DNA of 64,000 nt. It comes from Candidatus Poseidoniales archaeon. GTDB taxonomy: Archaea; Thermoplasmatota; Poseidoniia; Poseidoniales; Poseidoniaceae. This document shows positions 46,820 to 57,400 of this stretch, piece after piece. The stretch is from contig QQSK01000005.1 of assembly GCA_003602415.1 (NCBI GenBank), positions 31,772-95,771 of the forward strand, given 5' to 3'. A model generated the notes under the pieces. That model did not search any database. It saw only the letters and a list, made by a program, of their open reading frames with translations, and had not been told where the DNA came from. Made by a program: the position numbers and the translations under genes. Numbering within the stretch: the first letter of the stretch is position 1; the number at the start of each line of letters is the position of its first letter.

Positions 46820-48805
46820 ATGACTGGACTTTGGCCGCCCCAAAATGTCAGTATCTCTCCGGGCAAAAGGGTCCTGTTTTTGACGAAGGATTTGAGTTTA
46901 ATCAAGCGTCAGTTGTACGATGGCTTAGACTTGAAAATGAGCGATATAAACCCTGAAGACTTGCTTGATGACATCAACACGGATGCTATGACTCCTGCTT
47001 GGGTTTGTTTTGACCATAAGCCTTCAGAAATTGCCAAAAATGCATATGCTGGACTTATGCAAGACGGTATGAGAGTCTTTAGTGAAAAGGCTCTGATCAA
47101 CGGAAACTTCGAAGTTATTGTTTCCGGACAAAGAAAGGGTACTGGGTCATCAAGAGAAACCGCAGCTCAGTGTGAAAGATGGGCTGGCATAAGAATTGTA
47201 ATCGCTTCCTCGTTTGCCCCTATTCATGAAAGAAATAACATCAATTTAGGTCAATTGATGGGAGACTACGAAATGCTCCAAAGGTTGCAGGACGGAGAGA
47301 GTATTTCTTTGAATGAGTTCACCGCAAAATACGACCCGGTCACTAAATTGATCATTGAAAGTGGCGGATTGTTTCCTTTTGCTGAAAAATTGAAAAATCG
47401 TGAAATTTCACTCGACCCTTTGAATACGCCTAACGGCCCGATGACAATGGCTGAGAAGATCATTTCACGCAACCTGGTCGGCCAAGAAGAAGGGCAGTGT
47501 GTAAAGCCGAACGACCCTGTCATTGCGCAAGTTCAAGGAGGATATAGTCATGAATTTACAACTGCGCAAGTCCATACATTCCTTAGCGAGGAATATGGAG
47601 AGGACTATGCTTTACCTAATCCTGGAAAGTTTGCTGTCTTTGAGGACCATTTGTTGTATGCAGCCCACAACCCAAAATTTGTCCCTCACATGCAAAAGGT
47701 CCAGACCTTGCGCGACTTACAGGTAGAATTCCAAGAGCATACAGGAGTTAGAGATTACTCGGCCAAAGATGGTGTATCCCCTGGAATTTGCCACCAAGTT
47801 GCTAGAGAAGAATTCATTGAAGTTGGCGACTTTATCCAGGCTACAGATTCTCACACCTGCATGGGAGGTGCTTCGAATGCTTTGACTTACGGTGTTGGAG
47901 CAACTGAATATGCCAGCCTGATATATTCTGGATTTACATTCGTTAAAGTTCCTGAATCAATTCGTTTCGAATTGGTCGGTAATCTCAATGATGGTTGTAC
48001 TGCTAAAGATGTAATTTTGTATATTTTAGCTGACCATGCTAGAGAGGAATTGACGCTCAACAGGTCGATGGAATTCGGCGGAGGTGGACTGGCTTCATTA
48101 TCCATTGATGAAAGAGCAACTCTATGCAATATGGCTACAGAATGCAGTGGAAGAACAGGGATTTGCGAGCCTGATGAATTACTTTATTCTTGGATGGAAA
48201 AGGCGCAGGGATTAGACGTTGGTGCAATGAAAGAGTTGTCCGTTATCCCTGATGAAGGAGCAATATATCACGGAGGAATCCATACCATTGATTTGTCTGA
48301 AATTGTTCCAATGGTTGCTCACCCAGGTAACCCTGACGAGGGGATTCCATCAGACCCAACAAATGGTGCTAACATTTCAGACATCGGTGATGTACACATC
48401 GATATTGCATATGGCGGCTCCTGTACTGCAGGCAAGGAAGATGATGTTGCGTACTATGCAAAGGTCTGTGCTGCGGCTGATTCTGCTGGATTGAAAGTCA
48501 AAGATGGTGTTGATTTCTACATCCAATACGGTAGTGGTCAAGTCAAAGATTTGGCTGTTCGCAAGGGTTGGCATGATTTATTCCTGAAGGTTGGCGTGAA
48601 ACTGATCGACCCCGGGTGTGGAGCTTGCATTGGTGCTGGACCTGGTGTATCGATTACTCCAGAGCAAGTTACTGTTTCAGCTATCAATCGAAATTTCCAA
48701 GGAAGGTCCGGGCCGGGGAAATTGTATCTTGCTAGTCCATTAACAGTAGCAACTAGTGCCTTCACTGGGCACATTAGTGCTTGGAAAGATGGCTACTTCA
48801 ATTGA
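46820..48805 (+). CDS. aconitase-family hydro-lyase with N-terminal swivel domain
   Basis: The N-terminal ~190 aa are LeuD/domain-4-like (GQRKGTGSSRETAA...). The catalytic domains follow with cluster Cys motifs DSHTCMGG, GGSCTAG and CGACIGAG. Confidence 0.8.
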   Translation: MTGLWPPQNVSISPGKRVLFLTKDLSLIKRQLYDGLDLKMSDINPEDLLDDINTDAMTPAWVCFDHKPSEIAKNAYAGLMQDGMRVFSEKALINGNFEVIVSGQRKGTGSSRETAAQCERWAGIRIVIASSFAPIHERNNINLGQLMGDYEMLQRLQDGESISLNEFTAKYDPVTKLIIESGGLFPFAEKLKNREISLDPLNTPNGPMTMAEKIISRNLVGQEEGQCVKPNDPVIAQVQGGYSHEFTTAQVHTFLSEEYGEDYALPNPGKFAVFEDHLLYAAHNPKFVPHMQKVQTLRDLQVEFQEHTGVRDYSAKDGVSPGICHQVAREEFIEVGDFIQATDSHTCMGGASNALTYGVGATEYASLIYSGFTFVKVPESIRFELVGNLNDGCTAKDVILYILADHAREELTLNRSMEFGGGGLASLSIDERATLCNMATECSGRTGICEPDELLYSWMEKAQGLDVGAMKELSVIPDEGAIYHGGIHTIDLSEIVPMVAHPGNPDEGIPSDPTNGANISDIGDVHIDIAYGGSCTAGKEDDVAYYAKVCAAADSAGLKVKDGVDFYIQYGSGQVKDLAVRKGWHDLFLKVGVKLIDPGCGACIGAGPGVSITPEQVTVSAINRNFQGRSGPGKLYLASPLTVATSAFTGHISAWKDGYFN

Positions 48806-48810
48806 TTCAT

Positions 48811-49500
48811 ATGGTTTCGAAACGGACTATGGCTGTCCTGAGTGTTGGCGGTGTCGTTGGAGGAATCGCATTTACGATTTATCTAACTCAGACTCTCTTG
48901 GCACCATTGATTGAAAAGGCGACCTGGTTTCCTGAAAACGGTTTACTTGGAATAATTTTGTGGCTATTATTGTATGTAATTCTAGCGTTATTAGTAGCTC
49001 CAGCAAGTCTTCACAAATTTATTTCAGGGGTGCTTTTTGGATTTTGGATGGGTTGGTTAATAGCATTCATAGGAGCCTGTTTAGGCGCTATCTTACCCTT
49101 CGTTCTAACAAAGAAATATCTTTACAATATGGTCGACAAAAAACTTAGCAAAAAACCCACTTTGAGGGCTCTGAAAAAAGCGGTTAGTGAAGATGGTTTG
49201 CGTTGTGTTTTCTTAACCAGAGTTAGCTTAATTATTCCTTATCCTGTTTTGAATTATGGATATGGATTGACAGATGTATCATTTAGAGATTACATGCTAG
49301 GTTGCTCTGGGATGATTGTTCCTGGGGCTTTGTATGCTTATTGGGGTTCCAAGGCTGCAGACTTATCTGCAGCAATGAATGAAACTAGAGATTGGACCTA
49401 TTGGACTGCTGTTATTGCATCGATAATACTCACGATTTGGATTATCGTATATCTGAGAAGAATTACTTTGTCTCACATTGCCCTTGAAGCCGCAGAATGA
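48811..49500 (+). CDS. TVP38/TMEM64 (DedA-related) family membrane protein
   Basis: VAPASLHKFISGVLFGFWMGWLIAFIGACLGAILPFVLTKKYL. ATG 48811 lies just after the upstream stop. Confidence 0.65.
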   Translation: MVSKRTMAVLSVGGVVGGIAFTIYLTQTLLAPLIEKATWFPENGLLGIILWLLLYVILALLVAPASLHKFISGVLFGFWMGWLIAFIGACLGAILPFVLTKKYLYNMVDKKLSKKPTLRALKKAVSEDGLRCVFLTRVSLIIPYPVLNYGYGLTDVSFRDYMLGCSGMIVPGALYAYWGSKAADLSAAMNETRDWTYWTAVIASIILTIWIIVYLRRITLSHIALEAAE

Positions 49501-49590
49501 ACGCTATGGTTCAAGAACCTTGGGCGTTGGGCTATGGATGCTCGAGGCCCGACGTCATTGGGACGAAGGAGGACCTCAGGTAGTGATATA

Positions 49591-51645
49591 ATGGCAGGCA
49601 TTGCAAACAAAATGGCTAGCAATCAAAAGCAGATTGCGATTTCTGAGTTCTTTGAGAAAAACAAACACTTCCTTGGATTTGATTCTCTTCCACGATCAAT
49701 CATCACCGCCGTTAAGGAGGCTGTGGACAATTCTTTAGATGCTTGTGAAGAAGCGCGAATACTTCCAGATATAATTATTAAAATTTCAAAAATTGACACC
49801 AAGAAAGATATTTTGGAATTGGTGAGTGAAGATAACGGGCCAGGAATTCCTCAGAAAAGTATTGAGAAGGTGTTCGGTCAGTTACTGTTCGGTTCTAGAT
49901 TCCACGCAATTAGACAAAGTCGTGGACAACAAGGAATTGGAATTACTGGCGTGGTAATGTACTCTCAACTTACCACTGGAAAACCAACTCATGTTCTTTC
50001 AAAAATCGCTAGTGAGCCGACCGCAATTAGTGTAAAAATCGGACTCGATACTAGAAAGAACAAGGCGGTAAAAAGTGAGCAGGACCGTATTATCTGGGAG
50101 AATGAAGACCTATCGTTGAAAGAGCACGGAGTTAGAGTGACTACAAGAATGAAGGCAAAATATCAACGTGGAAGACAATCCGTTTTCCAATATCTAAGGA
50201 TGACTAGCATAGTTAATCCACATGCAGAAATTACATTCATCGACCCAGATGGTGAAAGATTCCACTGGCCAAGAGTGACTGAAAGGTTGCCTAGAAAGGT
50301 CGACGCAATTAAGCCGCATCCACATGGAATTGAATTGGGCCAATTACAGAGAATGTGTAGAGAGTCGAAAGATTCGAGGCTCACGGTTTTCCTAAGGCAG
50401 AATTTCTCAGGCGTTTCAATGCGCGCTGCTAAGGAGTTGTGTGAAGCGTCAGAGTTGGCGATTAGCATGAAGCCGAAATCCATGAAGCCGGATGATGTTA
50501 GAGCTCTCTTAGAAGCGTTCCAAGGCGAGAGAATGGTCAATAAAAAGCCGATTAAATTGCTCAGCCCGCCTACAAACTGTCTATCTCCAATCGAAGAGAT
50601 GTTAATCAAAAAAGGTCTTTCGAAAACGATCGATTCAAAGTTTATCGCTACGATGACTAGAGCGCCTACTGTTAGTCATGGAAATCCGTTCCAAGTCGAA
50701 GTTGGACTAATTTTTGGAGAAGGTATGGCTGCAGACAAGCATGTGGAAATATTGAGATTCGCTAATCGTGTCCCTCTAATGTATCAACAAGGAGGTTGTC
50801 TTCTAACAAAGGCAATAGAAAGTGTAGATTGGCGTCAGTATGGGTTGGAGCAAGCGGGTGGAAAAGGCGTTCCTAAAGGTCCGGCTGCAATATTAGTGCA
50901 CCTTGCTAGTACTAACGTTCAATTCACTTCAGAAGCAAAAGAAGCGCTTTCTGACAACGAGTTTGTCTTTGAAGAAACTCGTAAGGCGATGTTGGAAATG
51001 GGCAGGGGTCTGAGAAAGCATCTCGAAAAGAAAAAGAAAATGGCAAAGACCAGAGAAAAATTCGAATTGATTAACGATATTTTGCCAGCGATTGCTGAAA
51101 AATCTGCATCTATTCTTGAACGCCCTGTTCCAGACTTAGCAGGCTCAATTACCAAAATAATGAGCGCTGTAATCTGCAATGAGACGACCGCGTGGAATAA
51201 AGAAACCAAACAAACCGATGTTTCAATCACTTTATTCAATTACACATCCAGATCTAGAAGTTATTCTTTGCTTGTTAATTGGCCTGAAAAGGCCGGGGCT
51301 GAAATGGTTGGCAACGAGCGAGGGGGTAGAAAAGAAGCCATGGGCATATGGGGATGGAAAATTGAAACCCTTGAGCCTGGTGAAAAGGCGGTATTGGAAT
51401 ATTCATTATCTAATTTAGAGAAAGGGGATTGGACGGAAACTGAAGTCTTCTTCAGAGGAAGTCAGGATGTCATAGGAGCTACTAAACTCGATGAGAAAAT
51501 GCTTGATGAAATCAGAAATCAAGAGAAGATACTCGAGCAAACCGAGGGTAGTGATGATTCTGAAAATGATGTTACTAATTCATATGAACCTGGAGTGGTC
51601 GAAGGTGACTCCGGCCAAACCACTCTATTCGGAGGTGAAAATTGA
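49591..51645 (+). CDS. top6B: DNA topoisomerase VI subunit B
   Basis: ISEFFEKNKHFLGFD, and Bergerat ATP-binding motifs VKEAVDNSLDA and DNGPGI. ATG 49591 was chosen. There is a long C-terminal extension. Confidence 0.9.
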   Translation: MAGIANKMASNQKQIAISEFFEKNKHFLGFDSLPRSIITAVKEAVDNSLDACEEARILPDIIIKISKIDTKKDILELVSEDNGPGIPQKSIEKVFGQLLFGSRFHAIRQSRGQQGIGITGVVMYSQLTTGKPTHVLSKIASEPTAISVKIGLDTRKNKAVKSEQDRIIWENEDLSLKEHGVRVTTRMKAKYQRGRQSVFQYLRMTSIVNPHAEITFIDPDGERFHWPRVTERLPRKVDAIKPHPHGIELGQLQRMCRESKDSRLTVFLRQNFSGVSMRAAKELCEASELAISMKPKSMKPDDVRALLEAFQGERMVNKKPIKLLSPPTNCLSPIEEMLIKKGLSKTIDSKFIATMTRAPTVSHGNPFQVEVGLIFGEGMAADKHVEILRFANRVPLMYQQGGCLLTKAIESVDWRQYGLEQAGGKGVPKGPAAILVHLASTNVQFTSEAKEALSDNEFVFEETRKAMLEMGRGLRKHLEKKKKMAKTREKFELINDILPAIAEKSASILERPVPDLAGSITKIMSAVICNETTAWNKETKQTDVSITLFNYTSRSRSYSLLVNWPEKAGAEMVGNERGGRKEAMGIWGWKIETLEPGEKAVLEYSLSNLEKGDWTETEVFFRGSQDVIGATKLDEKMLDEIRNQEKILEQTEGSDDSENDVTNSYEPGVVEGDSGQTTLFGGEN

Positions 51646-52742
51646 TGGCACGTGTAAACGATCCAGAATTGACAAAGGCACGACTTCATTTAGTGGTTGA
51701 AGAAATGTATGACAGAATTGTCAAGGGTGAGCCTCCAACCATGACTCTACCTGTAAGAACGAAAAATAATATTGGCTTCGACAAAAAATTGGGCGTTTAC
51801 AAATATGGCAAAAAGCGCTCAACTCGTGATGCTACAAGTCTTGGTTCTGCGAAAAATTTGCTAAGAGCGTTACACGTGGTAGAATTTATTGAAGAAATGA
51901 TAGAGGCGGGTAAATCATCAACTCTCAGAGAAATGTACTACATCTCAGAAGGTTGGGGATTGGGTAAATTTGGTAGTCAAAACGAGTCGAACAATCTCGC
52001 AGAAGATCTTGAAGTGGTAACGTCTTGTTTGAGAGAGGATTTCAAACTAAGGCCTGAAGAAGATGGTGCTAGAATGATTGGTAACATCACTGTCAATGAA
52101 TTGAATCGGCGTGGTCAATGGATGACCATTAACGCTCGTGATGATGTTGGAGATTCGGGTTACGGTGTCCCATACAATGTTGAATCAGAAAAGATTGAAT
52201 TGAAGGAGCACGATGTCAATTTCCTAATGGCGATTGAAACTGGTGGTATGTTTGACAGATTGATTGAAAATGGATTTGATGAGGACTATAATTGTGGGCT
52301 GATACATCTGAAAGGTCAGCCTGCTCGGTCAACTCGAAGAATAATCAAGAGGATGAATGAAGAATGGGATTTGCCGGTTGTTGTATTCCTGGACGGTGAT
52401 CCATGGTCATTCAGAATCTTCGCATCTATCGCTTATGGTGCGATTAAAACGGCGCACATCTCTGAATATCTAGCAACACCATCTGCAACATACCTTGGTA
52501 TTACTGCTGATGATATATTAGCATATGATTTGCCAGCTGATGATTTGTCAAAGAAAGATATTGAGGCTCTAAACGCTGAATTATCAGACCCTAGATTCGC
52601 TGATGGATGGTGGCAAGACCAAATCAATATGATGCTAGAAGTTGGGAAGAAGGCTGAACAGCAGTCTTTAGCAAAATACGGTTTAGATTTCGTAACCGAC
52701 ACATATTTGCCTGAAAAATTAGGCGAATTAGGGCTATCATGA
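51645..52742 (+). CDS. top6A: DNA topoisomerase VI subunit A (Spo11 family)
   Basis: LREMYYISEGW contains the catalytic Tyr region. Toprim motifs are AIETGGMF and FLDGDPWSFRI. The ATG shares one base with the top6B TGA stop. Confidence 0.9.
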   Translation: MARVNDPELTKARLHLVVEEMYDRIVKGEPPTMTLPVRTKNNIGFDKKLGVYKYGKKRSTRDATSLGSAKNLLRALHVVEFIEEMIEAGKSSTLREMYYISEGWGLGKFGSQNESNNLAEDLEVVTSCLREDFKLRPEEDGARMIGNITVNELNRRGQWMTINARDDVGDSGYGVPYNVESEKIELKEHDVNFLMAIETGGMFDRLIENGFDEDYNCGLIHLKGQPARSTRRIIKRMNEEWDLPVVVFLDGDPWSFRIFASIAYGAIKTAHISEYLATPSATYLGITADDILAYDLPADDLSKKDIEALNAELSDPRFADGWWQDQINMMLEVGKKAEQQSLAKYGLDFVTDTYLPEKLGELGLS

Positions 52743-52782
52743 AGCCGTTTGGTTGAAGATACAAAGGCGGTTAGGAGTAAAT

Positions 52783-53631
52783 ATGCAACCTAGTCAAGAC
52801 CATTCTCCTTGGCCCAAGAGGTTGATGATTTCTGGGATAATAATTGGATTTCTTGGAATTATTTTACTTTCGTTTATTTTTGATGATCTAGATGATTACT
52901 ACGATCCTAGAGAAACTTCTGAGCATTCGGTGAACGATGAAACCAACACCCTAACTCTTGATTCTGGGTGCTGGGTTGTCAATGTTGAAGGTGATGACGA
53001 CGACTATACAGTCACAGTGAGATTCCTCGAGAATGGTACTGCTGGAGAAAAGGTTTCCAGTGATTGTCGAACTGATTTTCAACCTAGTACTGCAGATGTT
53101 GAATTTTCCACTGTAACCAAGGTAGATATAAGCGAAAAAACCGACGTGATAGTTACAATTGAATGCAAACAAGAAGGAGCTTGTGACAACCCTATACTAT
53201 TCACCAATGGGGATGATGTCATTCTGGAAATGATTTCGGACATTGGCTTGTGGTCGGCGTTTGGAGCATGTTGTTTGGGGGCAATTTTACTGCCTATGGG
53301 TTGGATTTTGGTAACAATAAACAAAAATAAGAACAATAGTGTTGTATTTACTCCTGAACAAATTCAAGATTCTATGTTTGAACATTCTAATAATCCAAAC
53401 AATTTCAATCAAGAAATTATGACTACAGACCAATTGTACCAATTGGTTCGAGGCGAAGTTCCCGAACAAAATTCTCCAAAGCAAAACGTCCCTAGTCCAT
53501 TTGCAAATCAAGATACTCGGCCAAGTGCTGTTAAACAAGCCAAATCCAGTGGCTCGATTTACAGTGCAAGTACGCATACTCCCGAAAACCCACCAACAGA
53601 CGACTCATGGAAAAGTTGGGATGAGATGTGA
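52783..53631 (+). CDS. hypothetical membrane protein
   Basis: An N-terminal TM helix, an acidic ectodomain with Cys residues, a second TM segment and a polar tail. GGAG lies upstream of ATG 52783. Confidence 0.5.
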   Translation: MQPSQDHSPWPKRLMISGIIIGFLGIILLSFIFDDLDDYYDPRETSEHSVNDETNTLTLDSGCWVVNVEGDDDDYTVTVRFLENGTAGEKVSSDCRTDFQPSTADVEFSTVTKVDISEKTDVIVTIECKQEGACDNPILFTNGDDVILEMISDIGLWSAFGACCLGAILLPMGWILVTINKNKNNSVVFTPEQIQDSMFEHSNNPNNFNQEIMTTDQLYQLVRGEVPEQNSPKQNVPSPFANQDTRPSAVKQAKSSGSIYSASTHTPENPPTDDSWKSWDEM

Positions 53632-53688
53632 AGTTACTGCGACGGGTTCATAGGTAACCGATGGTAGGTAACCACTGGTTGTGAAGTC

Positions 53689-54450
53689 GTGTCGGACCTT
53701 GACCAAGCCCTTGCCATTCTTCAAAACAAAGCGCGTAGAGCGATTTTAGAACGGCTTGTAAGAGAGCCGCATTACCCTCTTCAGTTGGCTGATCAAATCG
53801 GTATCTCTCAACAAGCGGTAATGAAACATCTTAGGTTACTGGAAAGAGCGAATTTTGTTGTTAAAATGCGTGTTGCAAGTAACAAAGGCGGCCCTCCAAA
53901 AAATATCTATCATGTACAACAGGCATTATCCATACGTATCGACCTTGGCCCTGATTTGTTTCAATGCACACAAAGAATTCTGCCAGCAGGGGGGCCTCTG
54001 AAGCTTTCCAACAAACTCAAAGGAGAAGTTGTTGGGGTTGCTGAAGCGGTAAGTGGGCGGAAAAAGATCGGAGTTGGAGAAGGCGCTCACCACCTTTCTA
54101 CCATTTCTGAAGCCATTGAACGATTGGATAGGGAAAGAGATGCTCTAATCTCTCTGCATCAACAAATCAAGCAAAGAGTCTCATCAACGGTTGATACCGA
54201 TTTCGAATCGTATGAACAACGATTGATGGTCCACAATATACTGGAGGCTCCTAGTTCTAAATTCAATTTCAAAGAGTTCGCTAAGGAATTGCAACTAGGT
54301 GCAGAAGCAAGCGAGCGACTGATGGATGAAGTTCGGGTACGGGTGGTAAGGCAGATGGCTGAACGGACAAAGCAATTCATTGCAGCTCCGCAATCTATCG
54401 AACTACCTTGGTGGGCAGCATTAGGCATTGACCCTACTGAAAACCAGTAA
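53689..54450 (+). CDS. ArsR-like winged-helix transcriptional regulator with C-terminal extension
   Basis: ARRAILERLVREPHYPLQLADQIGISQQAVMKHLRLLERANFV. GTG start. Confidence 0.7.
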   Translation: MSDLDQALAILQNKARRAILERLVREPHYPLQLADQIGISQQAVMKHLRLLERANFVVKMRVASNKGGPPKNIYHVQQALSIRIDLGPDLFQCTQRILPAGGPLKLSNKLKGEVVGVAEAVSGRKKIGVGEGAHHLSTISEAIERLDRERDALISLHQQIKQRVSSTVDTDFESYEQRLMVHNILEAPSSKFNFKEFAKELQLGAEASERLMDEVRVRVVRQMAERTKQFIAAPQSIELPWWAALGIDPTENQ

Positions 54451-54468
54451 GGCCAATGCCGTTTTGCA

Positions 54469-57400
54469 TCAGCTTTCGTCTTCTTGTAAGACTGAAATCA
54501 GACTGCTTTGTTCTGCCAAACGGTTGTTGACTTCAGCACGGCGACCCTTGCCGACCAGGTAAAGTACTCCGAATAGAGAGAAGGTCAACAGAAGTACACC
54601 GAATGGTAGAGCCCATTCGCTAACGATTTCTCCAGCAACGTCCATGAATGGTGAGTCGCTTGAAAGTTCATCGCTAACAACTTTGATGTTATCTGATTCG
54701 CTAACCTCAACAATGGTGTTTGATGGATCGACTACCACGACAACGTCATGGCTTCCAGCGGAAACTGGATACAATAGATACAACTCAATCTCTTGCGCAT
54801 CTTCGCTTGCGTCAGGAGCTAGTAATGCTCCCACTGTTTGCCTCATTACGATTGAATCCTCTGGGCATCCATTCCTTCGGATGTCTTTGAGAACATCATC
54901 ATCAGCATCGCTAAATTCACAAAGAACTACTTCGATATTTGTTGCATGTACGTTTCCATCGTTCTGAAGAACTACACGAACAGGGATTGTCTTGTCGACT
55001 TCGTTGCTAGTTTGAGAAACTGATACTTCTTTAATCAGCAAGTTAGGTGCGCGTAGTCTTAATGTAACGATGAATTCGTTTGTGTCTAGCAAGTCGCCTG
55101 CCCATTCTGGACTATCGTCATGATCTCCGTCATTTTCCATATCTCCAGCCATGCTAGTTACCTTTAATCCGATATAACGAGTGTCTAGTTTAGCACCTGT
55201 TGAGATGTGGACTGTGGCAATCATTGTGTGTGTGGTATAAGGGTCCATTTCTGGTAATCTCCACTCATTGATATCGGTCATGTAAACACAGACATCATCT
55301 GGGAACTCTTCTTCTGTAGATGTTGTTTTGATACACTCTGTCTCAACGATTAGGTCGCTTCCAACATAGTTAACCATCTTCCAGTCAACACTCCAATCGG
55401 AAAGTGCTCCCATACCTGGCAAGGTATTCCAAATCACGTTTCCAGTTGAGCCATCCTTAGATGAAGTGTGGTTGTGTAGAGATGGAGTATCAGGTACGTT
55501 TCCTGCATTCGTGATGTTAACCACGAATTCTACAATTCGGCCAGGTGCACTGGTCTTGACTGAATTATCAACAGATTCATCCATGCTGATTTGCATGTCA
55601 TAGAATTCATTGACAGTCACGTGGAACATTATTTCGTCACGTAGTCTAGTCCTGTGTCCTGTGTCATCAGGGTAGTCCTCTTCGCTGAATGCCTGTATCA
55701 CTACAGTATAATCTCCAGCAGGGACTTGGTTCGGGACATTGATTGTCAAATCGACAGTCTGTGATGTGTCGCGTGTTAGTTCTGTTAGTAGAGAGCGAGG
55801 AATGTCGATGTCCCATAGAACATCGATTCCTGCTGAATCATAAACTCGCCCTAATCTTAGATCGTATCTATCCGGTCCGTTACCGGTGTTGGCGACTGTG
55901 GTCGGAATAATCCAAGTGTCGCCAGGGTTGGCAAAGAAATCGGTCGTCTCAGCATCCGCAGTAAGGTCGAATACGTGAATTACATTCGTTGATAGAATCA
56001 CTGAATCTGCAACTCTTGGGTATCCTTCTAGATGAGCTTTCACCGTAACGGCTGGACCGAGGCCAGCGTTGGCATTAACCGGTGCACAAACATCTACACC
56101 AACGGTGTATGTTGTACCAACCGGCCATAATCTCGGACTATTCGGGTCTGCAGGATCTCTTGGACCTGGTGCATTAGAGAAGTCTAATTCTACAGTCCAG
56201 TGGTCTTGCCTCCAGGTGTTCATGTCGACTTCGTCAGGCTTAGCCTCAGGTGCACCAGGAGTAGTGAATACTAGATATCCTGCCTCGTAATTCTTGATTA
56301 CGTTAATCTCATAATTTGCACAAGATGGTGTTCCTGAACCTGGAGATGGTAGAATCATTTCACTGGTATCATATATCTCGAATACAATGTTACCAATGGA
56401 TCTTATCGATACGTTAATCCATAATTCAAGAACATCGAAGGTTCCTTTTTCAATCGACTTTACAGGTTCGCCTTCAGACCAACCTTTGACATAAATCACG
56501 AAGGTCCCTGGGTCTTGACTTGTTGGAACAGAAATTTCCAAGTTCTTGGTGACCGACTGTCCTGGGTCAAGTGCTACCTGCATTGGGAACGCTACTTGCC
56601 ATCCAAATGGTAGAAGCCATTCTTGTTGTCCTTCCAAGCTATTAGGGTCATAGAAGGCATAGGTGTCGTGAACGTTTCCAGTATTGGTAATCGTAATCGA
56701 GAAGATTGCTGTCTGTCCTTGCTCAACATCAGCCATACGGTGGCTTGTATCCAGGTCAATACCGTGGACTACGTCCATCAAAGTAAGTGTCAGTCTTTCG
56801 GACCTAATTGCAGGGTCTTTCAAAGAAATTGCAGATACTGTAATCTCTGCTAATTGATCTTCTGCCGCCTGATAGATAGAAGGCGCTCGCACACGCAGGT
56901 ACATACGCGCCATCTCTCCTCCTTCGAGGAAGATTGGTGTATCTTCGAAGATTGCAGTATGGTTGTTAGCGAAGTATAGATTCGCAGTCCAATTTTCTGG
57001 CATTCCTGTTAGGTTGAGGTTGTAGGTATCTGCAACCAAATCTTTTGGACCAGGAGTTGTGTTGTTAATTGTCAGGTTGTAGATTGTTTGTTCTCCTGGT
57101 TCAATTACGTGATAATAGGTTTCTCCTTCATCGAATTCGACATCTACTTGTCCAGTTAATACGTGTGAATAACAGATAGTCCATGGTCCGCCATTGCTTT
57201 CATCTGAGCACTTATTTGTGTCAGACCACGCTATGTGAGCACCACTTCCCAAGTCATTAGCAAATGCAGGAGGTTGTCCCAATGTCGGTTTAGACAATTG
57301 GTTAGGTCCTAATTTGAATGAAGACCAAGATGTTACTGCAGTAGAATTCCAAGCGTCAAGTGCTGTTTCTCCTGGGCCTGTTTCATCGGTGGCGTTCAAT

